Of a DNA stretch of 64,000 nt, positions 55,034 to 64,000 are shown piece by piece; position 1 is the stretch's first letter, and each line of letters begins with the position of its first letter. Made by a program: the position numbers and the translations under genes. The stretch comes from Candidatus Omnitrophota bacterium (lineage in GTDB: Bacteria > Omnitrophota > Gorgyraeia > Zapsychrales > Zapsychraceae). A model generated the notes under the pieces. It was given only the letters and a program-made list of their open reading frames with translations, was not told the DNA's origin and did no database searches. The stretch covers positions 7,884 through 71,883 of the forward strand of contig DATDQB010000013.1 of the NCBI GenBank assembly GCA_035292445.1, read 5' to 3'.

Positions 55034-55950
55034 GCCGGATCCCGCTTACTGTGCGCCATGCACTCTTGGTAGCCTTCCTCAGCGATATAGGAACTGCGTA
55101 CCAGGGGGCCGCTCATCACATGTTTAAACCCCATAGACAGGCCTTCCTGCCTTAAGGCGTCGAATTCGCCGGGGGCGTAATATTTATCGACGGGAAGGTG
55201 CCGTTTAAACTTGGTGGGCTGAAGGTACTGGCCGATGGTCAGGATATCGCAATCGTTTTCGCGCAGGTCCTTCATCACTTGAGTTATTTCATCGCGGCTT
55301 TCGCCTAAGCCGACCATAAGGCTGGATTTGGTCAAAAGAGCTGGATCAAGCCCTTTAAAATTACGCAGCACTTCCAGCGAGCGTTCATACCCGGCTTGCG
55401 GACGGACCTTCAGCGACAATCTTTGGACCGTTTCAATATTATGGCTGACCACCTCGGGCTGGGCTTCCACCAATTTTCTTAAACTCTCGATCTTATTGGA
55501 AAAATCGGGGATCAAAACCTCGATCTTGGTTTGAGGCGTGAGCTGTCGTATCTCCCTTATGGTTTGACAAAATTGCCCGGCCCCCTCATCTTCCAGATCA
55601 TCACGGGCGACGGAGGTAATGACCACATAACGAAGGTTAAGAAGCTCAACAGCCAAAGCAACTTGCCTGGGTTCACCGGCTTCCACTTCCAACGGCCGCC
55701 CGGATCTGACCGCGCAAAACCGGCAGCCCCTGGTGCAAATATCGCCCAGGATCATGAAAGTAGCCACTCCCCGGCCCCAGCAGGTCCCGATATTCGGGCA
55801 ACGCGCGCTTTCACAGACCGTGTGAAGGCCGCTGGCGCGAAACATCTCTTTCATCCGGCGGATCGTATCCATATCCGGCAATTCCTGGCGAAACCATGCC
55901 GGTAAGGGGCTTAGACGATGCGTGGCGTTGTCATCAACCAAGTGAGGCAT
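55024..55950 (-). CDS. lipA: Lipoyl synthase
   Basis: CESARCPNIGTC, CTRGCRFC, HNIETV, GQYLQP, VRSSY. Confidence 0.97.
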   Translation of the reverse strand: MPHLVDDNATHRLSPLPAWFRQELPDMDTIRRMKEMFRASGLHTVCESARCPNIGTCWGRGVATFMILGDICTRGCRFCAVRSGRPLEVEAGEPRQVALAVELLNLRYVVITSVARDDLEDEGAGQFCQTIREIRQLTPQTKIEVLIPDFSNKIESLRKLVEAQPEVVSHNIETVQRLSLKVRPQAGYERSLEVLRNFKGLDPALLTKSSLMVGLGESRDEITQVMKDLRENDCDILTIGQYLQPTKFKRHLPVDKYYAPGEFDALRQEGLSMGFKHVMSGPLVRSSYIAEEGYQECMAHSKRDPACP

Positions 55951-56464
55951 CTGGGGCAACTCCTTCCCGGACCGCTTTCTCAAACAGTTCGATCAACTTT
56001 TTTCTTTCCTTCGCTTTGGCATAATCGAGGATTAATTTGCCATCCAGATGGTCGCTCTCATGCAAAAAGACCCGCGCCATCAATTCGGAAAATTCCTTTG
56101 TCACCTGTTGGTTATTTTCATCGGTAAATTTGACAACTATTACCTTCGGCCTTTTAACGTTGACGCTGACCCCGGGGATGCTCAAACATCCCTCTTCCAT
56201 GGTTTGCGAGCCTTTTTTGTTCAGGACTTTCGGATTAATGATGGCCATAGGGCCTTCGCCGGTATCGGCGACGAAGATCCTTTGATTGATACCCACCTGG
56301 GGGGCGGCCAGGCCGATACCTTTATAGGCATACATCGTTGCCAACAGGGATTCGATCAGCAGCCGTTCACCAGGGCCGACTTCTTTAACAGGGTTGGATT
56401 TTTTCTTCAGGCAAGGATCGCCGTAAAGGCGGATTTTTAAGCTGGTTGGCTGCATATGCGGCAT
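55934..56464 (-). CDS. def: Peptide deformylase
   Basis: GIGLAAPQ, EGCLS, HE.DHL.G. Confidence 0.97.
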   Translation of the reverse strand: MPHMQPTSLKIRLYGDPCLKKKSNPVKEVGPGERLLIESLLATMYAYKGIGLAAPQVGINQRIFVADTGEGPMAIINPKVLNKKGSQTMEEGCLSIPGVSVNVKRPKVIVVKFTDENNQQVTKEFSELMARVFLHESDHLDGKLILDYAKAKERKKLIELFEKAVREGVAPDASLG

Positions 56465-56472
56465 GCGAGCGC

Positions 56473-56820
56473 TTATTTCTTCTTGATCTTATTATTCTGA
56501 TCCAAATAAACGATCTTTGTTTTGGCGGTTTTCGCTTCTTTTGGATCCATAATAGCGTAGCTAAGGATAACGACCTGGTCCCCCACCAAGCCCAGCCGGG
56601 CGGCCGGGCCGTTAAGGCAGATCTCTCCCGTTTTACCGGCGATCGCATAGGTCGTGAAACGATTGCCGTTATTCATGTTCAACACTTCGACCTTCTCACC
56701 GGGGATAATATCGGCGGCCTTTAAAACAGCCTCATCAACGGTGATACTGCCTTCATAATGAAGCTGGGCCTCCGTGATGTGCCCGTGACCGATCTTTGAT
56801 TTGCAGAATTCGATGAACAT
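56473..56820 (-). CDS. panD: Aspartate 1-decarboxylase
   Basis: KSKI, YEGSIT (Gly-Ser cleavage site), NG.RFTTY, NG.AAR. Confidence 0.95.
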   Translation of the reverse strand: MFIEFCKSKIGHGHITEAQLHYEGSITVDEAVLKAADIIPGEKVEVLNMNNGNRFTTYAIAGKTGEICLNGPAARLGLVGDQVVILSYAIMDPKEAKTAKTKIVYLDQNNKIKKK

Positions 56821-56839
56821 TGTAAAAACTCCAGTTTAT

Positions 56840-56912
56840 TGTTAATAGTAAATAGCGAATGGTTAATCGTCCGATGCGCCTGCGATTAACTATTTACTAT
56901 TAACTATTAACA
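56840..56912. repeat. 30-bp inverted repeat built from heptamer units (consensus TAATAGT)
   Basis: 56840-56869 vs the reverse complement of 56883-56912: 26/30 identical; 13-nt spacer. Confidence 0.85.
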
Positions 56913-57233
56913 TCACAACTGCGGCTTGATCTTTTCCAACATCTGCTCTTTCGACATCGCACCGATCAGCATTTCCACCGGCTTACCGGCCTTGAAGATG
57001 ATCAGCGTCGGGATCGACATAATACTGAACCTGGCGGCTAACTCCTGCTCATCATCCACATTGATTTTCGCGACTTTAAGTTTACCGGCCAGATCCTTGG
57101 AGATCTCCTCCACAACGGGAGCGATCATCCGGCATGGCCCGCACCATTCGGCCCAGAAATCGACCAATACCGGCTTGGGTGATTTTAATACCTCAGCTTC
57201 AAAATTCTTCTCGTTCACTTCTAAAACAGACAT
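56913..57233 (-). CDS. trxA: Thioredoxin
   Basis: VDFWAEWCGPC, SIPT; GGAG RBS. Confidence 0.97.
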   Translation of the reverse strand: MSVLEVNEKNFEAEVLKSPKPVLVDFWAEWCGPCRMIAPVVEEISKDLAGKLKVAKINVDDEQELAARFSIMSIPTLIIFKAGKPVEMLIGAMSKEQMLEKIKPQL

Positions 57234-57295
57234 CCCACTCCTCCTCAAAATAAATTACTATAATCTAAATATTAATCTTATTTTTTGATTTGCCT

Positions 57296-57323
57296 ATTAT
57301 AACATCCCTAAAATCAAGTGCAA
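57296..57323 (-). promoter_or_regulatory. Putative sigma70 promoter for trxA
   Basis: TTGCAC-N16-TATAAT on the minus strand. Confidence 0.55.
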
Positions 57324-57337
57324 CCAAAAATATCGGC

Positions 57338-58483
57338 CTATAAATAGTAGAATTTGAGGTATTGATAAAGGGTCCGCAAAAGGCATATCATATAAAAAAA
57401 TGTGAAATAACTCAACAAAAAGGTCCGCAGCTTTTCCTGTTTGACCATCTCACCCAACCCTTTGACGGTCATATAAATAATAAAGGGGGAGAAAAACAAC
57501 GTAAGCCTTTCTCCCGTAAACGGATATAACTGAAGGCTCCCCAAAACAAACAGCTCGATAAAAAGAAACAGGCCCACGCTTTCCAAATGGTAAAATTTAA
57601 GCCCATCCTTCCATACCCGCCTGAACCCATAGCCCAATAAGGCAAACATACAAAAGGGGATGAAAAGCGAGGCCGCGTAACGCTGCGGTTTGTTGCCGTC
57701 AAAAGGATAAACCACCATCCGTCTGACGCCGTCGCCGAACTTATCCCAGAAACACACCCAGGAATCGTAGCAGATAAAATGCCCGTCCCAATATTCAACG
57801 CCTGGCAAGGTGATGGAGTGGCGCACATCGAACCAATAAAATAAGACCAGGCAACAAAGAGAAACCAGGGCGTTTGTCAAAAAAAGCGGCAAGACTTTTC
57901 TGTTTTTTCCTAGCTGAAGCAAAAAATTCCAGCCCGTAAGCCAGAAAACAAACAACCCGGCGTAAGAAAAAAAGATCAGTAACGGCAGAAGTGCCACGAT
58001 AACGTAGTCCTTCCGCCGCGGGGCCATCCCCTCGAACACGCGTTGGTAATGGACATACAGCGTAAAGATGGCGACAACCAGCACGTCCATGGAATACGGC
58101 TTCAATTCAGCCGCGTAATAAGAAAACTTATAAGAGGCCGTCATGGCAAAAACAGCCAATAACGCGAGCCAATCATTCCTGCTGTCCGTTCTTAACAGCC
58201 GGGCCAAGATGAGAAAAGCGCCCCCCATGCATAACAATGAAAAAAACCGTAAGGCCAAGACGTGGTTATCGAAATTGGCGGCGAATGCCTTGATGGCAAT
58301 TAAATAAACCCTGGGGAAAGACTGGGTGGGTTCCAGCGGGCCGAACAACTGCCCATAATCAAGTGCTATGATATTTTTATAAACAAACCCTTCGTCCAGC
58401 CAAAGAGGCCGGGCCGTGAAATAATGCAGAAGGCACAACGCGGCAAATAGGAGAACGCATCCTCGGATGAGTTTAACGGCCAT
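57338..58483 (-). CDS. Polytopic GT-C (ArnT/PMT-like) membrane glycosyltransferase
   Basis: RPLWLDE, LR..S, Y..ELKPY..D; many TM segments. Confidence 0.75.
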   Translation of the reverse strand: MAVKLIRGCVLLFAALCLLHYFTARPLWLDEGFVYKNIIALDYGQLFGPLEPTQSFPRVYLIAIKAFAANFDNHVLALRFFSLLCMGGAFLILARLLRTDSRNDWLALLAVFAMTASYKFSYYAAELKPYSMDVLVVAIFTLYVHYQRVFEGMAPRRKDYVIVALLPLLIFFSYAGLFVFWLTGWNFLLQLGKNRKVLPLFLTNALVSLCCLVLFYWFDVRHSITLPGVEYWDGHFICYDSWVCFWDKFGDGVRRMVVYPFDGNKPQRYAASLFIPFCMFALLGYGFRRVWKDGLKFYHLESVGLFLFIELFVLGSLQLYPFTGERLTLFFSPFIIYMTVKGLGEMVKQEKLRTFLLSYFTFFYMICLLRTLYQYLKFYYL

Positions 58484-58506
58484 GGGAAATGTTTTGGGTG
58501 TTTGTC

Positions 58507-60402
58507 CTATCTCATGTACTTGTCATGCCACAACTGGAATACCATAACCATAAAGAGCTCTTTACCGTGATTCGCCGTACCATTGAGGTGAGCGTTCATC
58601 ATTTGGGCGATGAATTCGTTCCTGAAAAATCCGCTCCTACCCAGCGCCTCTTTTGTCAGCGTGCCCTGAAGAAGGCCTTTGAGATCGCGGCGGAACCACG
58701 CGTCAATGGGGGAAGAAAGACCGTGCTTGGGCCTGTCGATGATCTCCGCCGGCAATAAGCCTTTGACGGCCCCGCGGACAAACTTTTTCGGCCTAAATAC
58801 ACCCGTTTTCAATTGGGACGGCAACCGGGCCGAGAACTCCACCAGCCGATGGTCCAAAAAAGGCACCCTGGCTTCCAAGGAAACGGCCATGGAAACGCGG
58901 TCAAGCTTGGTCAACATATCCTCGACCAAGGACGTTTTAATGTCGAGATACAACCGCCTTGAGAGAAAATCGAAATCATCCTTGTCCTTCAAATAAGCTT
59001 TATGGGCCTGCAAGGAAAAATCTTCCTTAAGGATCCCCTGACGGGAAAATAGGTCCTTTTTCTGGTCATAGCTGAAGCTGTAGAGCCCTTCGACGTAACG
59101 GTCATCATCGCTTAAGCTCATCAACCTCGTTTTTTTCTCGGCCCCGTGAAAGAAGTTGTAAAGCCCGCGGCTTCTTACCGACATCCTTTTGCCTAAATGG
59201 AACATCGGCAATAAAACCCTTTCTCTGATAAAAGGCGGGACCATTTTGTAGCCTTGGGCCATGCTTTCAGAGCCGTAGCGTTCATACCCGGCGAAAATTT
59301 CATCGCAACCGTCGCCGGTCAGGACAACCTTGACGCGCTCCCGGGCATGTTTGGCCAGAACATAAGTGGGAAAAGCCGCGTAGTCGGCAAAAGGCTCGTC
59401 AAAAAAGTGGACATACTCATCCATCAGATCGAACACATCAGCGTCCACATGGAAAACATGATGCCTGGACTTATATTGATCGGCGACCATTTTCGCAAAA
59501 CGCGTTTCATCATGGTAACCGCCCCCTTCGAAGCCAATAGTAAATGTTTGGACCGGCTGATCACTTAATAAGCTCATATTGGCGACAACGCTGCTGGAGT
59601 CGATCCCGCCGCTTAAGAATGCCCCCACAGGCACATCGCTGAGCATCTGCAACTTGACCGCATCATTTAAAAGATAACGGAATTCCTCCTCATACTCACC
59701 GAGAGATTTATGGGCAGGCTCCCGGGAGAAATCCACGTCCCAATATTGCTTAACAATGCTCTTGCCGTCTTCGCAAAGCAAGATCGTCCCCGCGGATAAT
59801 TTCCTAATGTTCTGGAACATGGAAAAAGGCGCCGGCACATAATTAAAACTTAAATAAAGGTCAAGGGCCTCCGGGTCCACCTTCCGTTCAACGCTGCGGT
59901 CTTCGATGATCGCCTTGATCTCCGAGGCGAAGAGAAGTTTTTCGTTGTCCAGATAATAATACAACGGTTTGATGCCTAAGCGGTCGCGCGCCAGCACAAG
60001 GCGCTGGTTTCCCGAATCCCAAATGGCGAAGGCGAACATCCCGTTGAGTTTATTCACGCAATCGTTGCCGAATTCTTCATACGCATGAAGGACGACCTCA
60101 GTATCGCTGTTGGTGCAAAACCGGTGCCCGCGGGATTTCAGGTCGCTGCGCAATTGCTGATAATTATAGATCTCACCGTTGAATACGATACTTTTGGTGT
60201 GGTCTTCGTTGAAGATCGGCTGATGCCCCCCTTCAATGTCAATGATGCTGAGCCGGCGTATGCCGAAGGCGAAATTATAATCCTCATAAACGCCTTCATC
60301 ATCGGGCCCGCGGTGAATAAGCGCGCGGTTCATCGCTTCGATCAAGCCCGGCTCGATTCTTTTGTTTCGGTCAAAATATAATTTCCCGGTGATCCCGCAC
60401 AT
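58507..60402 (-). CDS. asnB: Asparagine synthase-like glutamine amidotransferase (glycan amidation type)
   Basis: MCGI, HRGPD, RLSIID, FNGEIYN, LSGGIDSS, GDG.DE.F.GY, E.RVPFLD. Confidence 0.93.
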   Translation of the reverse strand: MCGITGKLYFDRNKRIEPGLIEAMNRALIHRGPDDEGVYEDYNFAFGIRRLSIIDIEGGHQPIFNEDHTKSIVFNGEIYNYQQLRSDLKSRGHRFCTNSDTEVVLHAYEEFGNDCVNKLNGMFAFAIWDSGNQRLVLARDRLGIKPLYYYLDNEKLLFASEIKAIIEDRSVERKVDPEALDLYLSFNYVPAPFSMFQNIRKLSAGTILLCEDGKSIVKQYWDVDFSREPAHKSLGEYEEEFRYLLNDAVKLQMLSDVPVGAFLSGGIDSSSVVANMSLLSDQPVQTFTIGFEGGGYHDETRFAKMVADQYKSRHHVFHVDADVFDLMDEYVHFFDEPFADYAAFPTYVLAKHARERVKVVLTGDGCDEIFAGYERYGSESMAQGYKMVPPFIRERVLLPMFHLGKRMSVRSRGLYNFFHGAEKKTRLMSLSDDDRYVEGLYSFSYDQKKDLFSRQGILKEDFSLQAHKAYLKDKDDFDFLSRRLYLDIKTSLVEDMLTKLDRVSMAVSLEARVPFLDHRLVEFSARLPSQLKTGVFRPKKFVRGAVKGLLPAEIIDRPKHGLSSPIDAWFRRDLKGLLQGTLTKEALGRSGFFRNEFIAQMMNAHLNGTANHGKELFMVMVFQLWHDKYMR

Positions 60403-60407
60403 AGCTC

Positions 60408-61457
60408 TTAACGCTCCTTACCTAAAACATCCTCCCACACGCCCATGGCCCCGGTGAGGGAGTATTCATCCTTTTTTTCTTGCGCGATCTTTCTCGCGTT
60501 CTCTGACAGCTTCGCGTAGAACTGACGGTCGCTTAAAAGCCGGTAACACGCCTCGCTAAAGGCCCTGACATTAAGCGGCTCAACGACCAGGGCATTATCT
60601 TCATGCCTGGCCACATCTGTTATGTCCCCCACCGCCGGCACGACGCAAGGTAAGCCGGCGCTCATCGCCTCAACAACGGCCATCGGAAGCCCTTCCGATT
60701 CGGACGTCAGGAGAAAAACTTTTGAACCGTTCAAACAAGAATAGATATCCCTTTGATACCCGGCAACAGTGACCTGGCGCTGCAGGCTCTTCTCATTGAT
60801 GAATTTCTTTATTTCAGATTCTACGGGGCCCTCACCTACAATTAGGACGCGGACATCGCTCATTCTTTTTCTTAAATCTTCGATGACATCTAAAAATATG
60901 TCCAACCTTTTGACCTTCGTGAAGCTACCGATAAAAATAATGTCGTATTGACGCTCACTCTCTTTCCCTGCCTGCCGGGAAAACGCAAAAACGTTGGGAG
61001 GGATAAATATTTTCCCGCTTTCCGCCCCTTGCTGCAGAAGGTATTCCCTGGATGCTTTTCCTCTCACGCCTACTCGATAGGCGCTTCTTACGGCATAATT
61101 AAACAGGCGGTTGTTGCGCCAATATCCCGGCTCTTCCGCCAGCACCATAACGAATTTCCTGTTAAAGATCTTACCGACCAATAAAGCCAGGAGGGCGTGC
61201 GGCCAGAAATGGATACCGATAGCATAAGAGAACCGGCATCTGAAATTGACCATCAATGCCGCGAAGAATAAATACACGTAAGAAAGGAATTGGCACCATC
61301 TTAAAACGCCCGGCGGAGTGACACATGTGACTTTCTCATGCGCCAGCGGGTTGATCCTCAATAGCACTATCCGTTTAACATCCCCCCGATTGACAAGAGG
61401 CAATATCTTGGAAATAAGTTTGTGCTCGGCTAACCCTGCAAAAATTAAGATATCCAT
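60408..61457 (-). CDS. GT4 glycosyltransferase
   Basis: K..D.F, SESEGLP..VVEAM..GLP. Confidence 0.9.
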   Translation of the reverse strand: MDILIFAGLAEHKLISKILPLVNRGDVKRIVLLRINPLAHEKVTCVTPPGVLRWCQFLSYVYLFFAALMVNFRCRFSYAIGIHFWPHALLALLVGKIFNRKFVMVLAEEPGYWRNNRLFNYAVRSAYRVGVRGKASREYLLQQGAESGKIFIPPNVFAFSRQAGKESERQYDIIFIGSFTKVKRLDIFLDVIEDLRKRMSDVRVLIVGEGPVESEIKKFINEKSLQRQVTVAGYQRDIYSCLNGSKVFLLTSESEGLPMAVVEAMSAGLPCVVPAVGDITDVARHEDNALVVEPLNVRAFSEACYRLLSDRQFYAKLSENARKIAQEKKDEYSLTGAMGVWEDVLGKER

Positions 61458-61476
61458 CACGCTGACCAACGCTAGA

Positions 61477-62556
61477 TTATGGCACGCTTGGTTGATGGTC
61501 ATGCCGCTCGATGCGGGCAGACATTTGACGGGATCCCCATTTCCTCTCGACGAAATCAACGAGCCATTGGGTTAGGTCCACCTTTTCTTTTAAAAGACGG
61601 GCCCTTCGCTGCTGCCACTTCTGCTTGATCGAAGGATCGGACAGCAGCTCATTGAGTTTTTCCAAGGCCTTGTCTTCTTCGGTGCATGTTAAAAGAAGCC
61701 CGTATCGATCGCTAAGCTCTTTATGGACGCCGTGATGCAGGCTGCTCACGTAAATGGAAGGCGTCCCTAAAAGGGCGGCTTCGGTCGCCATGGTCGCGCC
61801 TTCCCCGATATATAACCTCGCCAGCGATAAAAGATCGTGCATCTTGGCGGGGTTGATGGCCAAGCGATAAGCTTCAAATTCCGCCGGCAAGGAAGCCTCC
61901 GCCGAGATAAACACGCGGCCGCGGCGCTTGAGCGTTTCGATCAATTTCCTTTTTCCTTCCGGCGAAAACCCTTTATGGCCGGCGTCGTGGGTGGCATCCC
62001 AGGCGATAAAACGCACCACAAAAAAATTCTCTTCCCTGCTTAGCCCAAGCTCTTTGAGGATCCCCTCATCCGGTGTGAAACGCTTTGGATGCAGATACGC
62101 AAGCTCATGGAACCCTTCGTACCGGACGTGTTTGGCGCCGAAGTCCCTTTGAAAGCTGCGCGGGGATGCGATCACTTCCGAAAAAGGAACGTAAGGCAGA
62201 TGGACCCGCATCGTTGCTTCCGTATCGGTGAGCATTAGGGAGTGTTTCTTGAAAAGTTTCGCGTAATGGCTCCCCCGGATGGAGCCGTGCCCGACGATCA
62301 GATCCGGATCAAAGTCCTTGACGGCTTTCATGAATTTATAATCAAGGATCGGGATGCTCAATATCTTGCGAAATAAACCCTTACCCGTGCGCCCTAAAGG
62401 TACGTAGCTCAAACCATGCTCATCCAGCAGCCGAAAGGCGATGTCCTTATCCACCGAAGTGATCAGGACCTCATGGCCCCTTTGCCTCATCTCGAGGATA
62501 AAATGCCTGAACAAATGCACGTGGGCCGGATGGCCGATATCGACGACAATGCGCAT
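61477..62556 (-). CDS. DUF354 family protein (GT-B-like)
   Basis: DIGHPAHVHLF, G.HELAYLHP..F.P, A.HD, TMA.EAALLG.P. Confidence 0.85.
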   Translation of the reverse strand: MRIVVDIGHPAHVHLFRHFILEMRQRGHEVLITSVDKDIAFRLLDEHGLSYVPLGRTGKGLFRKILSIPILDYKFMKAVKDFDPDLIVGHGSIRGSHYAKLFKKHSLMLTDTEATMRVHLPYVPFSEVIASPRSFQRDFGAKHVRYEGFHELAYLHPKRFTPDEGILKELGLSREENFFVVRFIAWDATHDAGHKGFSPEGKRKLIETLKRRGRVFISAEASLPAEFEAYRLAINPAKMHDLLSLARLYIGEGATMATEAALLGTPSIYVSSLHHGVHKELSDRYGLLLTCTEEDKALEKLNELLSDPSIKQKWQQRRARLLKEKVDLTQWLVDFVERKWGSRQMSARIERHDHQPSVP

Positions 62557-62560
62557 AGGA

Positions 62561-63592
62561 TTATCCGCTCCGGGCTAAAATTTCCTGTGGCTCCATCGCT
62601 AAGCCGCCATCCACATAGCGGACGACCTCTTTCATGGTGCGGAAACTCACTTCATCAAATTCCTTGAGCATCTTAAGGAACCTCTTGTAAAATTCCTTGC
62701 GCCCCATCATATTGTGCGGATGCATCAAGATAACGCATGCTCCGTTGAGCAAAACCGTTTCTCTGATAAATCGGTGCATCGAATCCAGCATCACATCTTC
62801 TTGCGTCCTCGTGTCGCGAAGATAATTGTCATCCTGGACCATGAGCGGCAATTCCCAAATCCCGTACGGCTTCAGGTAGACCGGAAAGGGAAGCTTCACG
62901 CTGTTATAGAACGGGGATGCGATCTGGAAAGATGAATCGTACAAAAGATGAAGCCGCTTCAATTGCCGCAACAGCTGATCGCTTAAACTTAATGCCGGGG
63001 AACGATAGCCCACCACGTCGAAGCCTTCCAAAGCGTTCAATGCCCTGCTTAATTGCTCGAGCATGGTGGCCTCATCCCGGAACGCGAAGCCCTGGTCGTG
63101 CGTAAGCCCATGCAGGCCGATCTCAAAGCCGCCTTCGGCCAAGGCCTTCAGCAACGCCGGGTCCAACGGATAATCATCGCCGGTAAGAAATTGGAACGTC
63201 GCCGCTACCCCGAAATGCTGGTTGATGGCGGCCATTTCTTTAACGAACGCCGCCCCTTCCCGGGTATCAACGTCATGGCAAAGGCAGACAACGGCCCTTT
63301 TTCCCCACCACGGCCTTGCGTTAAGCATTTTTATTCTTTCAACGATCTTTTTGTTCTCTTCAAAATCCAAAGGATAATGGAGCTTCAACATGCGCCCGGG
63401 ATTACGTAAACGCTTGGCCATATCGGTGGATAACCAGCGTATCGAAGAAGGCATTTTGTTGACTACCGGCGAGGCGAACCGGCGGATGAACTTTTCTTGA
63501 AAAGGGATTTCTTTGACCTCAAAAAGGCCGTCCACATCGATGCCTTCGGATTGAATGATGTCGAAATGGTTATGGAGGTTGGCGGGGATCAT
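62561..63592 (-). CDS. Polysaccharide deacetylase family protein
   Basis: HDVD, EIGLHG..H, GYRSP, YDSS, HP. Confidence 0.85.
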   Translation of the reverse strand: MIPANLHNHFDIIQSEGIDVDGLFEVKEIPFQEKFIRRFASPVVNKMPSSIRWLSTDMAKRLRNPGRMLKLHYPLDFEENKKIVERIKMLNARPWWGKRAVVCLCHDVDTREGAAFVKEMAAINQHFGVAATFQFLTGDDYPLDPALLKALAEGGFEIGLHGLTHDQGFAFRDEATMLEQLSRALNALEGFDVVGYRSPALSLSDQLLRQLKRLHLLYDSSFQIASPFYNSVKLPFPVYLKPYGIWELPLMVQDDNYLRDTRTQEDVMLDSMHRFIRETVLLNGACVILMHPHNMMGRKEFYKRFLKMLKEFDEVSFRTMKEVVRYVDGGLAMEPQEILARSG

Positions 63593-64000
63593 TTGCTCAT
63601 TTCCATATCAAACCACATGCCGAACAAAAGGAACTGAAGGCCCGTGATGATAGAAAGCGCACACAAAATGGCCGTCGGGCCGGTCGCTTTCCCGGAAACA
63701 ATAAAAAATTCTTTATAGATCAATTCAAACCCTAAATACAACCCGTAAGGGAACAAGATCATGCCCGCGAAAAAGAAAAAGACCAACGGGTGAAAATCCA
63801 AGTAAATATACTTGAATATCATGCGCCAAAAAAATCCCTTCAGGAGCATCGGGGAAACCCTTAACGCATATTTAAGCCCCTTGATCTGCGACTGGCGCTC
63901 GCCTTCCAAATAAACGGGCGTTCGCGCCACATCCAGCACGCGAAACCCGTAGGCGTTCAGCCGGATGAGAAAGTCCATCGGATAACCGTATCTTTTATAA
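63589..64000 (-). CDS. GT2 glycosyltransferase, C-terminal part (5' end outside the window)
   Basis: YKRYGYPMDFLIRLN..V..V...PVY....S, followed by two TM segments. Confidence 0.75.
   Translation of the reverse strand, partial: YKRYGYPMDFLIRLNAYGFRVLDVARTPVYLEGERQSQIKGLKYALRVSPMLLKGFFWRMIFKYIYLDFHPLVFFFFAGMILFPYGLYLGFELIYKEFFIVSGKATGPTAILCALSIITGLQFLLFGMWFDMEMSK

Overview
A 64-kb, gene-dense, mostly minus-strand segment of a diderm bacterium's core chromosome. Gene content (lpxC-fabZ fusion, lpxI, Zn-ribbon SpoVG, bS22, TMTC-like glycosyltransferase) suggests the PVC superphylum, possibly Ca. Omnitrophota; this is inference. From 1 to 21 kb is a housekeeping run: lolD, lolC/E, lysS, lipid A genes, skp, bamA, dnaB, rplI, rpsR, ssb, rpsF, pth, rplY, prs, glmU, tRNA-Gln, spoVG, ispE, hisG. 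A small accessory islet at 25.4-28.8 kb holds a PHM-like Cu protein, queH and repeats. Beyond it lie RNA-modification genes, an ABC-F, a PAS hybrid kinase-Hpt-receiver phosphorelay, an Mla-type ABC system, lipA/def/panD/trxA and glycan-modification genes. No CRISPR array, rRNA, transposase or prophage was recognised. The most unusual signal is a set of short stem-loop elements inserted without killing their host genes. One sits between two copies of the first 8 codons of lolC/E, one is in frame inside the endonuclease III-like gene, a 28-bp inverted pair brackets the queH cassette, and one forms mutually exclusive helices over the pth start codon. Three small genes absent from the ORF track were also found: bS22, a 52-aa membrane peptide and a 48-aa basic protein.
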